Positions 1 to 9,601 of a stretch of 64,000 nucleotides of DNA are shown piece by piece (positions within the stretch are counted from its first letter, which is position 1; every line of letters begins with the position of its first letter). Source of the DNA: Cryomorphaceae bacterium. GTDB lineage: Bacteria; Bacteroidota; Bacteroidia; Flavobacteriales_D; Crocinitomicaceae. The notes under the pieces are model-generated. The model was not told the DNA's origin, did no database searches, and saw only the letters and a program-made list of their open reading frames with translations. The translations under genes were made by a program, and so were the position numbers. The stretch covers positions 5,885 through 69,884 of the forward strand of contig JAJTGF010000004.1 of assembly GCA_021299335.1 (NCBI GenBank), given 5' to 3'.

Positions 1-3000
1 GGTCTTTTAACTGTGCGCTAAACGCATGTAGTTCTTCCTGATTTTTAAGGTTGTCCAAAGCTTGGTACAAACTAAGTCGCTCGGCAACTTGATTGACATA
101 CTGATCTGGAATGCGCACCTCCATATCGGTTTCAAAAATACAATCCTGAACAAATCCATTGAACTGATCTGTATTTCGTTCTTCAAACAGCTCTTTATAT
201 TCGCTTTCGCGCAGCTCTTGCATGGCTTCATTGAGTATTTTTTGATACATCTCAAAGCCAATTTCGGCAATGAAGCCGCTTTGCTCACCCCCTAGCATAT
301 TGCCTGCCCCGCGGATATCTAAGTCTTTCATCGCGATATTGAAACCCGATCCAAGATCTGAAAACTGAACCAATGCCTCGAGGCGCTTGCGGGCCTCTGA
401 GGTCATGATGCTGAATTTAGGAGCTATGAGGTAGCAAAAACCTTTTTTATTGCTACGGCCTACCCTACCGCGCAATTGGTGTAAATCGCTAAGGCCGAAC
501 TGATGCGCGTCGTTGATGATGATGGTGTTGGCGTTCGAAATATCAATGCCTGACTCAATAATGGTGGTGGCCAGCAAAACATCGTAAGCACCTTCTATAA
601 AATCCAGCATGACTTTTTCGAGTTGCTTGCCATCCATTTGGCCATGACCGATGCCTACTCTCACTCCTGGGCACAAGCGCTGGATCATGCCAGAGAGTTC
701 TTTGATATTGGAAAGTCGGTTATTGACAAAAAACACTTGGCCTCCGCGCCCAACTTCATATGCAATGGCATCGCGGATTTGCTCTTCGTTAAAGGAAATG
801 ATATCGGTCAGAACCGGCTGGCGGTTGGGCGGTGGCGTATTGATAATACTCAGGTCTCGGGCTCCCATCAATGAAAACTGCAAGGTGCGCGGAATAGGTG
901 TGGCGGTGAGCGTGAGGGTATCGACGGTAGTGCGGAGGGTCTTGAGTTTGTCCTTGACCGCAACACCAAACTTTTGTTCTTCATCGATGATCATGAGGCC
1001 CAAATCTTTAAACTTGACGCGCTCGGCAACTAATGCATGGGTGCCAATTAAGATGTCGATTTGGCCCGCAGCCAATTTTTTGAGTGTTTCGGTGATTTCT
1101 TTGGCAGATTTAAAGCGGTTGATGTAGTCTACAGTAACCGGGAAACTCGAAAGTCTGTTTTTGAAACTGCGGAAGTGTTGCAAAGACAAAATAGTGGTTG
1201 GGACCAAAACCGCTACCTGTTTGGAATCGGCTACTGCCTTAAAAGCTGCCCGAATAGCCACTTCTGTTTTACCGAAACCGACGTCGCCACAAACCAAACG
1301 ATCCATAGGGCGCGGCGCTTCCATATCTCGTTTGATGTCTTGGGTGGCTTTGTACTGATCGGGGGTGTCTTCGAACATGAAAGAGGCCTCGAGTTCGTTT
1401 TGCAAGTAACTATCTGGTGCGAAAGAAAAACCGGGTTTGCTGCGTCTTTGGGCGTAAAGTTTGATGAGGTCAAAAGCAAGTTCTTTGATTTTCTTTTTGG
1501 TCTTGTTCTTGAGATTAGACCAAGCCTGCGTGCCGAGTTTATTGAGCGTGGGTGCACTGCCTTCTTTGCCGGTAAATTTGGAGATGCGGTGCAAGGAGTG
1601 AATACCAACATAAAGTACGTCTCCATCTTTATATACCAAGCGAATGGCTTCTTGAGGTTTGCCATTGACATCAATGGTTTCCAAGCCAGAAAACTGACCA
1701 ACACCGTGGTCAATATGGGTAACGTAATCGCCTTTCTGAAGCTGGTAAATTTCTTTGAGGGTCAGCGCTTGCTTGGCTTGCTTGAAACCTTCTTTTAAAC
1801 GGAAGCGATGGTAGCGCTCAAAAAGTTGGTGATCGGTATAGCACACCAATTTGAGCGATGGAAAGATGAAACCTTCGTGCAGCGCTAATGGCAGTGCACT
1901 GAACTCGCCTTCTTCACCGATGTCGCTGAAAATTTGATACAAACGCTCAATCTGACGCGGTTGGTTAGAGAAGATTAAGTTTTGATATCCTTCTGCCTTG
2001 CGGGCCTTTAAATCGGTATTGAGCCGTTGAAAATCTTTGTTGAAACTGGGTTGGGGTATGCAATCAAAAGTTTCTGAATGCGATGCCTTGAAATGGAATA
2101 CAGGCCCGTACTCAATGACGCTGTGAGCCGCTAACTGCTGCTCAAAATCGAGGTGCGAAACGAATTTGTCTTGAGGTAAGGTATATGGAACGGGGCCGTC
2201 GTGCTTGCTGTGAATTTCCACAGCACGCTCGTATTCGCGTTTTAAAATGTCAAATGTACGCTGTACATCGGCCATCCAGCAAATGGCATGAGGACCGATA
2301 AAACCAAGGAGCGTCTCTTGAATTTCTAGGCTCTGACCCGACTGAATATTCGGAACTACATTAAAAAATTGATGGCTCGCAATGGAAAGCTGGCTGGCCG
2401 CATCAAAAGTGCGAATGCTCTCTACCTCATCACCAAAAAACTCGATGCGAAAAGGATGTTCGTTGGCAAAAGAAAAGACATCTAAAATGCCGCCTCGGAT
2501 AGAAAACTGACCTGGCTCATAGACGAAATCGACGCGTTCAAATTGATATTCCAACAAGAGCTCATTGAGAAAGTCGGTGCTGTAGCTTTTAGCAACCTCT
2601 AAGCGCATGGTGTGCTTGACCAAATTTTTCTTGGTCGGGATTTTCTCAAAAAGCGCTTCTGGATAGGTGATTACCCAAGTATTTTGTTTGTCGCTGAGTT
2701 TTTCGAGTACTTCTGCACGGGCAACGACATTGGCATTGTCTGTTTGCTCTTGCTGATAAGGCACCCGATAAGATGCTGGGTAAAACAAAATGCGTTTATC
2801 GTCCGGAAACAACCCTTCAAAATCGTTCAAGAAATAAGCGGCTTCTTCTTTATCGGAAAGCACAAATAAATGTGTACCCGGCACCTGTTGCGCAACCATA
2901 AGTGAAAGCAAAGACTTGGCAGATCCTACCATTCCTTTCCAATGCAGTCTCGCAGAAGCCACTTGCAGCGCAGCTGCACTGCGATCGAGTGCTGGATGTT

Positions 3001-3034
3001 TGGCAAGGGTTTTGATAAAGGTGCTGAGTTCCAT
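1..3034 (-). CDS. mfd: Transcription-repair coupling factor Mfd (C-terminal end runs off the left edge of the window)
   Basis: Absent from the ORF track because it is open at the window edge. My minus-strand translation is continuous from the ATG at 3034 (MELSTFIKTLAKHP...HWKGMVGSAKSLL) down to base 1. It contains GDVGFGKTEVA (Walker A, ~1270-1300), IIDEEQKFGV (DExx box, ~965-995), TATPIPRTL and QLRGRVGRS, which is the Mfd/RecG-type helicase pattern. Confidence 0.9.
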   Translation of the reverse strand, partial: MELSTFIKTLAKHPALDRSAAALQVASARLHWKGMVGSAKSLLSLMVAQQVPGTHLFVLSDKEEAAYFLNDFEGLFPDDKRILFYPASYRVPYQQEQTDNANVVARAEVLEKLSDKQNTWVITYPEALFEKIPTKKNLVKHTMRLEVAKSYSTDFLNELLLEYQFERVDFVYEPGQFSIRGGILDVFSFANEHPFRIEFFGDEVESIRTFDAASQLSIASHQFFNVVPNIQSGQSLEIQETLLGFIGPHAICWMADVQRTFDILKREYERAVEIHSKHDGPVPYTLPQDKFVSHLDFEQQLAAHSVIEYGPVFHFKASHSETFDCIPQPSFNKDFQRLNTDLKARKAEGYQNLIFSNQPRQIERLYQIFSDIGEEGEFSALPLALHEGFIFPSLKLVCYTDHQLFERYHRFRLKEGFKQAKQALTLKEIYQLQKGDYVTHIDHGVGQFSGLETIDVNGKPQEAIRLVYKDGDVLYVGIHSLHRISKFTGKEGSAPTLNKLGTQAWSNLKNKTKKKIKELAFDLIKLYAQRRSKPGFSFAPDSYLQNELEASFMFEDTPDQYKATQDIKRDMEAPRPMDRLVCGDVGFGKTEVAIRAAFKAVADSKQVAVLVPTTILSLQHFRSFKNRLSSFPVTVDYINRFKSAKEITETLKKLAAGQIDILIGTHALVAERVKFKDLGLMIIDEEQKFGVAVKDKLKTLRTTVDTLTLTATPIPRTLQFSLMGARDLSIINTPPPNRQPVLTDIISFNEEQIRDAIAYEVGRGGQVFFVNNRLSNIKELSGMIQRLCPGVRVGIGHGQMDGKQLEKVMLDFIEGAYDVLLATTIIESGIDISNANTIIINDAHQFGLSDLHQLRGRVGRSNKKGFCYLIAPKFSIMTSEARKRLEALVQFSDLGSGFNIAMKDLDIRGAGNMLGGEQSGFIAEIGFEMYQKILNEAMQELRESEYKELFEERNTDQFNGFVQDCIFETDMEVRIPDQYVNQVAERLSLYQALDNLKNQEELHAFSAQLKD

Positions 3035-3042
3035 AGGGGCTG

Positions 3043-3050
3043 CAAAATTA
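3043..3050 (-). promoter_or_regulatory. Bacteroidota-type -7 box TAATTTTG upstream of mfd
   Basis: The reverse complement of 3043-3050 reads TAATTTTG (consensus TAnnTTTG). Only 8 nt separate it from the mfd ATG at 3034. Confidence 0.4.
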
Positions 3051-3197
3051 CGCAAAGTATCCTCGGAGCGGAAAATTTTGTGACCTTTTCGGTGATTAAC
3101 GTTGCAAATAACAATTGAGTGTGAATATCTCCAAGTATTTACAGCAAGTTGCCTGTGGTCTATTACTAATTTTAGCGTACCAAATTAGAACCCAAAT

Positions 3198-3935
3198 ATG
3201 AAGTTTTCAGTCAAATACACCCTAGTAGCAGCGTTCATGATGAGCGCAGGAGTTTTAAGTGCTCAAGTAGCAGAAGGCGCCACCGAAGAATCTTTCAAAA
3301 CTGTCGAAGAAATTTCGGCGATTGACTTCCTCATGAAAGGAGGGGTCTTTTTGATTCCGATTGCGTTGCTATTATTCTATAGCACTTACATTGCCGTCGA
3401 GCGCTTTTTGTATATCCGCCGCATGACCAAGCAAAATCAAATGCTGCTCAACGAACTTCAAACACAACTCAACGCCGGCAGTATGCAAGGTGCGCTTGAT
3501 GTGGTCAATCGCGATCAAACCTCGTTTGGGACCGTAGTGAAAGAAGGGGTGCAGTCTATCGGGCGTCCGATTCCGCAAATTGAAGCCAATATGGAGAAAG
3601 TTGCCAATATTGAAATTGGTAAAATGGAAAAAAACATCAATCACCTAGGTTTGATTGCAGGTATTGCACCTACCCTCGGATTCATCGGTACCATTTCTGG
3701 GGTTATTAAAATTTTCTACAGTATCTCCATTTCGGAAAACGTTTCGATCGGTAATATCTCTGGTGGTTTGTATGAAAAAATGATTTCTTCCGGTTCAGGT
3801 TTGGTTGTCGGTATTTTGGCCTTCACAGCTTATCACTTATTGAATGGCCTCATCGATAATTATGCGCTTGCTATTCAAAAAATCAACCTAGAGTTTGTCA
3901 AACTAATCAGCTCAAAAGATGGCCATAAAGCGTAA
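3198..3935 (+). CDS. MotA/TolQ/ExbB family proton-channel protein
   Basis: 245 aa with a signal-like N-terminus and three TM segments. It has the conserved C-terminal LGLIAGIAPTLGFIGTISGVI motif typical of ExbB/TolQ and is followed by an overlapping ExbD-like gene. Confidence 0.8.
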   Translation: MKFSVKYTLVAAFMMSAGVLSAQVAEGATEESFKTVEEISAIDFLMKGGVFLIPIALLLFYSTYIAVERFLYIRRMTKQNQMLLNELQTQLNAGSMQGALDVVNRDQTSFGTVVKEGVQSIGRPIPQIEANMEKVANIEIGKMEKNINHLGLIAGIAPTLGFIGTISGVIKIFYSISISENVSIGNISGGLYEKMISSGSGLVVGILAFTAYHLLNGLIDNYALAIQKINLEFVKLISSKDGHKA

Positions 3936-4326
3936 TAGAAGGTTCCATGCAGAGGTAGCTACGTCTGCATTGAGCGACATCATGTTCTTCTTGTTATTGT
4001 TCTTTTTGATCATTTCAACTTTGGCTAACCCCAACGTCATCAAAGTTCCGTTGCCAAAGTCTGATGCCAATGAAAAAACACAACAACAACACGTCACGTT
4101 GACTGTCAAATTCGATGACAATCAGCAACGTCATTTCTATGTCAACAACGATGAAATTGCATTTGATCAACTCGAAGGCGTGTTGATAGGCGAAACAAAA
4201 AAGCTTGGCGACAACACCGTCATTTTGCGTTTGCCCTACGATGCCCAAGTACAAGAGCTCGTCGACCTCCTCAAAATTGGTATGCTCAATGACCTGAAAA
4301 TGATCATTGCGACCAAAGAAGGTTAG
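3919..4326 (+). CDS. ExbD/TolR family biopolymer transport protein
   Basis: 135 aa with an N-terminal ExbD pattern (RRFHAEVATSALSDIMFFLLLFFLIISTL), a single TM and a periplasmic domain. It overlaps the preceding ExbB-like gene by 17 nt. Confidence 0.8.
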   Translation: MAIKRNRRFHAEVATSALSDIMFFLLLFFLIISTLANPNVIKVPLPKSDANEKTQQQHVTLTVKFDDNQQRHFYVNNDEIAFDQLEGVLIGETKKLGDNTVILRLPYDAQVQELVDLLKIGMLNDLKMIIATKEG

Positions 4327-4354
4327 TTCGTTTAACACTTAATGTCAAGAAAAC

Positions 4355-5122
4355 ATGGAATCCTATCAATTAGAATACATCGGTGCGCGTGCAGATGCCA
4401 AAAAGTCTTTGGTCTACACCTCTATTTGGTTGTTATCCTTATTGATATTGGCATTCATCATTAAATTCGATGCCAGACCTGATCAGCTTGTGGATACTCC
4501 CCCACTCCGTTCAGATGAAGTCATTGAAGAATTTCAAATAGACAACGTCGAACTCGAAGAAGCTGCTGGCGGCTCGCGCGGTGGCGGCACCCCGGGCTCA
4601 GGGCGCATTGCTCCTCCAGCAGATCAAAGCGAAAGAGTAGCAACAACAAACCAAAGCGATTTCAGCCACAATAGCGGTAACTCCAATAACCACAATTCTC
4701 AGAACGGCACCAACGGCACCTCCACTACAACCCAAAGCACGAACTTCTTCGGTAGTGGCGGTAGTGGCAACGGAAATGGTTCTGGTAATGGCCCGTTTGG
4801 AGGCCCAGGAAACGGGAATGGCGACGGAGATGGTATCGGAAACGGCCGCGGATCTGGAAAAGGTAGAATTCGCTTGAATAATGTCAGTTTGCCGAGGTAT
4901 GAAAGTGATTTTGACTGCCGTATCGGTTTCAAAGTACAAGTCAATTCCGAAGGACAGGTAGTTGGTGTTCGTTCGATAAAATCAGTGACTACATGCGTTG
5001 ATGACCGTACCATTAACGACATCAAAGAACGCATCAAGCGCGAGGTAAGGTACAATAAAGAGCCGGGGGCCGGAATTGTGGAGATGGATTACACCATTAA
5101 TCTGAAAGCTTCCAATTCTTAA
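4355..5122 (+). CDS. TonB-like energy transducer candidate with a Gly/Asn-rich linker
   Basis: 255 aa and third gene after the exbB/exbD-like pair. It has one N-terminal TM, a long low-complexity G/N/S linker ([38 protein letters not shown]) and a small C-terminal beta-rich domain ([17 protein letters not shown]). The call rests on position and architecture only. Confidence 0.45.
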   Translation: MESYQLEYIGARADAKKSLVYTSIWLLSLLILAFIIKFDARPDQLVDTPPLRSDEVIEEFQIDNVELEEAAGGSRGGGTPGSGRIAPPADQSERVATTNQSDFSHNSGNSNNHNSQNGTNGTSTTTQSTNFFGSGGSGNGNGSGNGPFGGPGNGNGDGDGIGNGRGSGKGRIRLNNVSLPRYESDFDCRIGFKVQVNSEGQVVGVRSIKSVTTCVDDRTINDIKERIKREVRYNKEPGAGIVEMDYTINLKASNS

Positions 5123-6117
5123 TCAAGGCCCATTGCCTTTTCGACCATTAATTTAGAGCCAATATAAAATCCTACGCGCTGGTGTAATTCGGTGGGTTGG
5201 ATATCTAGAATGCGCTGCTTGCCGTCAGTGGCTAAACCACCTGCTTGTTCAGCGATAAAAGCCAACGGATTACACTCGTAAAGCAAGCGCAAACGCCCTT
5301 GGGGCGCTGAAGGCACAGCAGGATAGATGTAGATTCCGCCTTTGATCAGGTTGCGGTGAAAATCGGCAACTAAAGAACCAATATAGCGTCCGGAATACGG
5401 CTTGCCAGTTTGATTTTCGTTTGATTGGCAGTAAGCTAAATAGGCACGAAGCTGCGGATCAAAATCATTGAGGTTGCCTTCATTAACTGAATACAGTCTA
5501 CCATTTTCAGGCATTTTCATGTCGGGGTGAGACAAGAAGTATTCACCGATAGCAGGGTCTAAGGTAAAGCCATTGACACCATTGCCTGTTGTATACACTA
5601 AGATGGTGGATGAGCCATAGAGCACATAACCTGCAGCAACTTGTTGGGTGCCGGCTTGGAGCATGTCAGCTAAGGTAGTTTTTGAACCTGTCGGTGAAAC
5701 CCTGCGGTAAATTGAAAAGATAGTACCAATGGAGACATTCACATCGATATTGCTTGAGCCATCGAGCGGATCAAACAACACAACATAATTGGCATTCTGC
5801 GCACGCTGGGAGTCAAAGGCAAGAAAATCGTCGTTTTCTTCGGAGGCAATGCCACAAACTTCGCCGCCATTTTGAAAAGCGCGAATAAAGGCTTCATCGG
5901 CAACTACATCTAATTTTTGTTGCTCCTCGCCCTGTACGTTTTGACCGCCTTGGGCGCCGAGGATGTGGTCTACCAAACCAGCCTTGCGGACATCGTTGCT
6001 GACAATCTTAGAAGCCAATGCGATATCGTGTAGCAAACGCGACAATTCTCCGCTGGCAAAAGGAAAATCTTTTTGCTTACTGACAATAAACTCGTGTAGG
6101 GTGGTGAGTTTGGACAT
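5119..6117 (-). CDS. fbp: Class I fructose-1,6-bisphosphatase
   Basis: 332 aa, Fbp-like over the full length (LTTLHEFIV...GELSRLL...ASEE...[10 protein letters not shown]...[17 protein letters not shown]). Confidence 0.9.
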   Translation of the reverse strand: MSKLTTLHEFIVSKQKDFPFASGELSRLLHDIALASKIVSNDVRKAGLVDHILGAQGGQNVQGEEQQKLDVVADEAFIRAFQNGGEVCGIASEENDDFLAFDSQRAQNANYVVLFDPLDGSSNIDVNVSIGTIFSIYRRVSPTGSKTTLADMLQAGTQQVAAGYVLYGSSTILVYTTGNGVNGFTLDPAIGEYFLSHPDMKMPENGRLYSVNEGNLNDFDPQLRAYLAYCQSNENQTGKPYSGRYIGSLVADFHRNLIKGGIYIYPAVPSAPQGRLRLLYECNPLAFIAEQAGGLATDGKQRILDIQPTELHQRVGFYIGSKLMVEKAMGLD

Positions 6118-6120
6118 GAA

Positions 6121-6951
6121 TTACATCGAGAACATATTGCTGTAGTCCGAACCTAGGTGAATCGGATTGACAATAAGTGTAGGGATGAGGGCATCATTGG
6201 TAATTATGTATTGTTCATGATTGGAGGTCAGGGCGGTAAATAGGTTGTTGCGCTGAAGGTTCATGATAGCGATGAGGTCGGCATCAACACTGACTGCGTA
6301 TTTTACCACTTCTTTGTCAAAACCAGAACTTGGCACGAGTGCGCTGGTCATTTCGATGCCGCGATCTTTGAAGAAGCCTTCAGAGAAAGTGATGTTGGAA
6401 CGCACTTGGTGACGCAAAAACTCGTCGGTTTCGTCTGGGGTTACAACGTGTACTTTAGGCTTAAAGTATTGTGCTAAATTGGCAACAATTGAAAGTTTTT
6501 GTTTGGTTTCTTTGTGGAGGTCCATAGGGACAACGATGGAGTCATAGCCTGAGGCCTTCACGGCTTTTTCTTGAACGATGATAAACGGAACCTGAGAGCT
6601 TGTTACCACTTTAAGAGCGTGGCTTCCGGTGATGTGTTGCCAACCGTGAGCGCCATGGGTGCCCATCACGATGAGTTCTGCTTGGTGTTCGGCTGCAAAA
6701 GCGCCGATATCTTCAAAGATGCTGCCTATGCGAACGTTTGGCTTGAGTCGAACACCTTCGTGTTCAAACTTGCCGATAATGTTCTCAAGCTGGGCAAGTG
6801 CTTCGGGAATTTGGGTGTCTTTTGAAACGACGTGAAGTACTTGGATTTCAGCCCCTAAAGGCTTAGCTGTGGCAATGGCATGTTGAAGGGCGATGTCTGC
6901 CACTGCGGTGAAGTCGTGAGGAACAATGAAGTTTTTAGTTTGCATAGTCAA
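6121..6951 (-). CDS. Tandem universal stress protein (UspA family)
   Basis: 276 aa with two USP-like halves (ILVP.D.S..A..AL..A; LIVMGTHGAHGW). Confidence 0.7.
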   Translation of the reverse strand: MTMQTKNFIVPHDFTAVADIALQHAIATAKPLGAEIQVLHVVSKDTQIPEALAQLENIIGKFEHEGVRLKPNVRIGSIFEDIGAFAAEHQAELIVMGTHGAHGWQHITGSHALKVVTSSQVPFIIVQEKAVKASGYDSIVVPMDLHKETKQKLSIVANLAQYFKPKVHVVTPDETDEFLRHQVRSNITFSEGFFKDRGIEMTSALVPSSGFDKEVVKYAVSVDADLIAIMNLQRNNLFTALTSNHEQYIITNDALIPTLIVNPIHLGSDYSNMFSM

Positions 6952-7003
6952 GTTTTTTACAAATTTAAAACAAAGTGCAGTAAGAACGCACTTGTTTTCT
7001 CTT

Positions 7004-7011
7004 TATTTTTG
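7004..7011 (+). promoter_or_regulatory. -7 box TATTTTTG upstream of the GH3-family gene
   Basis: Exact TAnnTTTG match 34 nt upstream of the ATG at 7045. Confidence 0.4.
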
Positions 7012-7044
7012 TGTGAAGCCTCTGCTAAAAAAGCTTCTTTTCAA

Positions 7045-8571
7045 ATGCCCATAATTGGTAAGCTCATACAGCGCAGCACTGCAATCAGTTTCAAGCGTAT
7101 TTCACGCGCAAGCGCAGACTACAAACAACAACTCGAAGCACTCCGACTCAATATCGAACACGCTAAAAAAACGGCATTCGGTCAGCAATATCACTTTCGC
7201 TCCTTACTTCAAAAAAGCGATTTGGTCTCACGCTATCAACAAGTAGTCCCGATTACCGAATACGAGCAGTTCTACACTGATTGGCTCCAAGACACCATCA
7301 AAGGAAAAAAAGATGTCATTTGGCCAGGCCGAATCAAATACTTTGCGCTTTCTTCGGGCACCACAGGTTCGCCAAGCAAACGAATACCTGTTTCTACAGA
7401 AATGATACGCTCTTTTCAGCGCGTGTCTCTGCGTCAATTTTCCATCTTACACGAATTGAACCTGCCGGATTCTTTTTACAGCGCTAAAGTACTCGCCGTT
7501 GGAGGTTCAACGAAACTCAAAAAAATAGAACAACACTACGAAGGAGACCTCAGTGGCATTCTCAAAAAGCATACCTCACTCATTGCGGCCCCCTTTACCA
7601 AACCAACCAAAAAAATCACACACCTTAAAGACTGGAAAGCCAAATTACCCTTAATGGTACAAGAAGCTCCGAAGTGGGATATTGGCATTATGGCAGGGAT
7701 TCCAAGTTGGTGTGTGTTGCTGTTAGAAGAAATCGTCAAGCACTATCAACTCAATCACATCCACGAAATTTGGCCCAATTTTCAAGTCTACGTTCACGGA
7801 GGTGTTTACATGGATCCGTTCGTTGAAAGACTTCAAAAAGTAAGTGGGAAACCTGTCGTTTTACTTGACACCTACCTCGCAAGTGAAGGCTATTTTGCTT
7901 ACCAAACCAGCCCAAAGAAAAGAGGGATGACGCTATTAATGAACAACAGCATCTTCTTTGAATTCATCCCCTTCAATGCGGAATACTTTACAGAATCTGG
8001 TGAGCTCAAAAATCAGTATAAAGCATACACCATTAGTGAGGTCAAAGCCGGAATCGACTACGCGCTTGTCATCAGTACAAATGCGGGCCTCTGGCGCTAT
8101 ATGATTGGTGACTTGGTGCGTTTTGTCGATACCACTACGCACGAAATCATCATTGCAGGGCGCATTAGGCAATTTCTTAGTTTGTGCGGAGAGCACCTTT
8201 CCTTGGATAATATCAATCAAGCACTGAAAGAGGTGAGTACAAAAGCCAAACTTTCTTTTTCGGAATACACCATACACGCCGATGAACAAAACCAACAGCA
8301 CTGCTGGTATATCGGTTGTGATGATATCAATGTGGATCCTAAAGTGATAGAGCAGATCGATGCCGAACTTCAACAAATCAATGATGACTACGCCTACGTC
8401 AGAAAACACAGCATGCCCTTACCCAAGCTCCAATTGTTGCCAACCGCGGTCTTCTACAATTATTTAGATAGCATCGGGAAATTAGGCGCTCAAAATAAAG
8501 TGCCTAGGGTGATGAACAAAGAACAAGCCAGTCGATGGAACGCTTATCTTAGCGTAAACGGCTACCTTTGA
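7045..8571 (+). CDS. GH3 (auxin-responsive promoter / acyl-acid amido synthetase-like) family protein
   Basis: The ORF track starts at 6880, but that extension overlaps the divergent usp gene. The internal ATG at 7045 (MPIIGKLIQRS...) gives ~508 aa. It carries an adenylate-forming SSGTTG-type motif (FALSSGTTGSPSKRIP) and a bacterial GH3-like layout. Confidence 0.65.
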   Translation: MPIIGKLIQRSTAISFKRISRASADYKQQLEALRLNIEHAKKTAFGQQYHFRSLLQKSDLVSRYQQVVPITEYEQFYTDWLQDTIKGKKDVIWPGRIKYFALSSGTTGSPSKRIPVSTEMIRSFQRVSLRQFSILHELNLPDSFYSAKVLAVGGSTKLKKIEQHYEGDLSGILKKHTSLIAAPFTKPTKKITHLKDWKAKLPLMVQEAPKWDIGIMAGIPSWCVLLLEEIVKHYQLNHIHEIWPNFQVYVHGGVYMDPFVERLQKVSGKPVVLLDTYLASEGYFAYQTSPKKRGMTLLMNNSIFFEFIPFNAEYFTESGELKNQYKAYTISEVKAGIDYALVISTNAGLWRYMIGDLVRFVDTTTHEIIIAGRIRQFLSLCGEHLSLDNINQALKEVSTKAKLSFSEYTIHADEQNQQHCWYIGCDDINVDPKVIEQIDAELQQINDDYAYVRKHSMPLPKLQLLPTAVFYNYLDSIGKLGAQNKVPRVMNKEQASRWNAYLSVNGYL

Positions 8572-9598
8572 AAGCCGACTTTTTAAGAAAAGTATAAGAA
8601 GCGTTCAGTTCTACAGAATGTCTAAACACCGAAGAGGTTGCGCCCAAGTCAGCGTCGTAAGAAACACCAAAGTCAAAGGCGCCAAAATCCAATGAAAAAT
8701 AAGGTGCAATTGCTGCTGAAGAACGGAAATACAGCCCTGCACTCATGTAGCGCGTGCTGACCTCGTTTGTAACTTGTGAACTTCCTCGGAGCTTCATGCG
8801 GTAAATTGCGCCTAACATGCTCTCGGAGTGTCCGCCTTGCCGCAAGTGGGTCAGAGAAAACTGCAAGGTTGAAATCTCGTTTAAACCCAAAGAAAAACAA
8901 GTATAAATGACTGCCTTTTGATACAAGCGGTCTGCAGAAAGGGTGTTGTATTGCAAGCGCGGTCGGTTGACATGTTGTAACGAAAATCCTGTTTGCAAAG
9001 ACCACTGGCCATCGCGCAATTCTCCGCGCTGATTAGGTTCAAAACGATACGCCAAGCCAAGACCCGCATCGACAAACGCGAAATTGACAAAGTCGTTTTC
9101 TTCTCCCGAGTAAACGCTGGGGTCTAGTGAACTGCCGTTCCATTGTGAATAATAAAGTAACTTGCTGAAGTCAGCGCTGCGCTGCTGAATAGCGGTCTGA
9201 ATACCCGCATCTAGCCAGTGTCCTTTGGCGAGTGGTAAATGTCCACTTGCCGTAAGTCCAAAAGATTTTTGCGTCATGCGCGAATCACCACCAACGTCGT
9301 TACTAAAAGACGCCGCAATACCTGCATAGGCACGTTCGGATTGGCGCGTTCTTCCGGGCGTAAACTCAGCCATTCCATAACTCGTTAAAAACTGAGTCCC
9401 TGACCCAATCCACTGATTTCGATTGAGCAAGGATATGCGCTCAAAACCTTTGTAAGCACCAACAAAGGCAGGGTTCAAAAAAGCAATACTTCTGTCTGCT
9501 TGTGTCAGGTGAAAATCTTGTGAAGATCCTTTTATTGGTGTAAGAGCCAAAACAAAAAGAACCGAGACGAAAAGAAAGAATCGCTGTCTAAACTTCAT
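8549..9598 (-). CDS. PorP/SprF family type IX secretion system membrane protein
   Basis: 349 aa with a signal peptide, then DFHLTQADRSIAFLNPAFVG (family signature QY...NP...G) and beta-barrel-like alternation. It lies directly downstream of a type-B CTD cargo gene. Confidence 0.75.
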   Translation of the reverse strand: MKFRQRFFLFVSVLFVLALTPIKGSSQDFHLTQADRSIAFLNPAFVGAYKGFERISLLNRNQWIGSGTQFLTSYGMAEFTPGRTRQSERAYAGIAASFSNDVGGDSRMTQKSFGLTASGHLPLAKGHWLDAGIQTAIQQRSADFSKLLYYSQWNGSSLDPSVYSGEENDFVNFAFVDAGLGLAYRFEPNQRGELRDGQWSLQTGFSLQHVNRPRLQYNTLSADRLYQKAVIYTCFSLGLNEISTLQFSLTHLRQGGHSESMLGAIYRMKLRGSSQVTNEVSTRYMSAGLYFRSSAAIAPYFSLDFGAFDFGVSYDADLGATSSVFRHSVELNASYTFLKKSAFKGSRLR

Positions 9599-9601
9599 CT
9601 C

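Noticed and set aside
1061-1798. 245-aa plus-strand ORF (and neighbours 623..1127, 1231..1713) in the first 3 kb
   Set aside because: They lie antisense to, or out of frame within, the continuous Mfd reading frame, which carries unmistakable helicase motifs. Their translations are low-complexity with no recognisable motifs.
6880-7044. N-terminal extensions offered by the ORF track (6880-7044 GH3; 22465-22590 murF/alr; 23772-23981 M28; 33958-33978 leuS; 39357-39458 gatA; 44052-44123 rimP; 17976-18008; TTG/GTG starts at 20196, 28851 and 30331)
   Set aside because: The extensions overlap neighbouring genes or promoter regions and add residues unlike the known N-termini. Internal ATGs give canonical N-termini or signal peptides.
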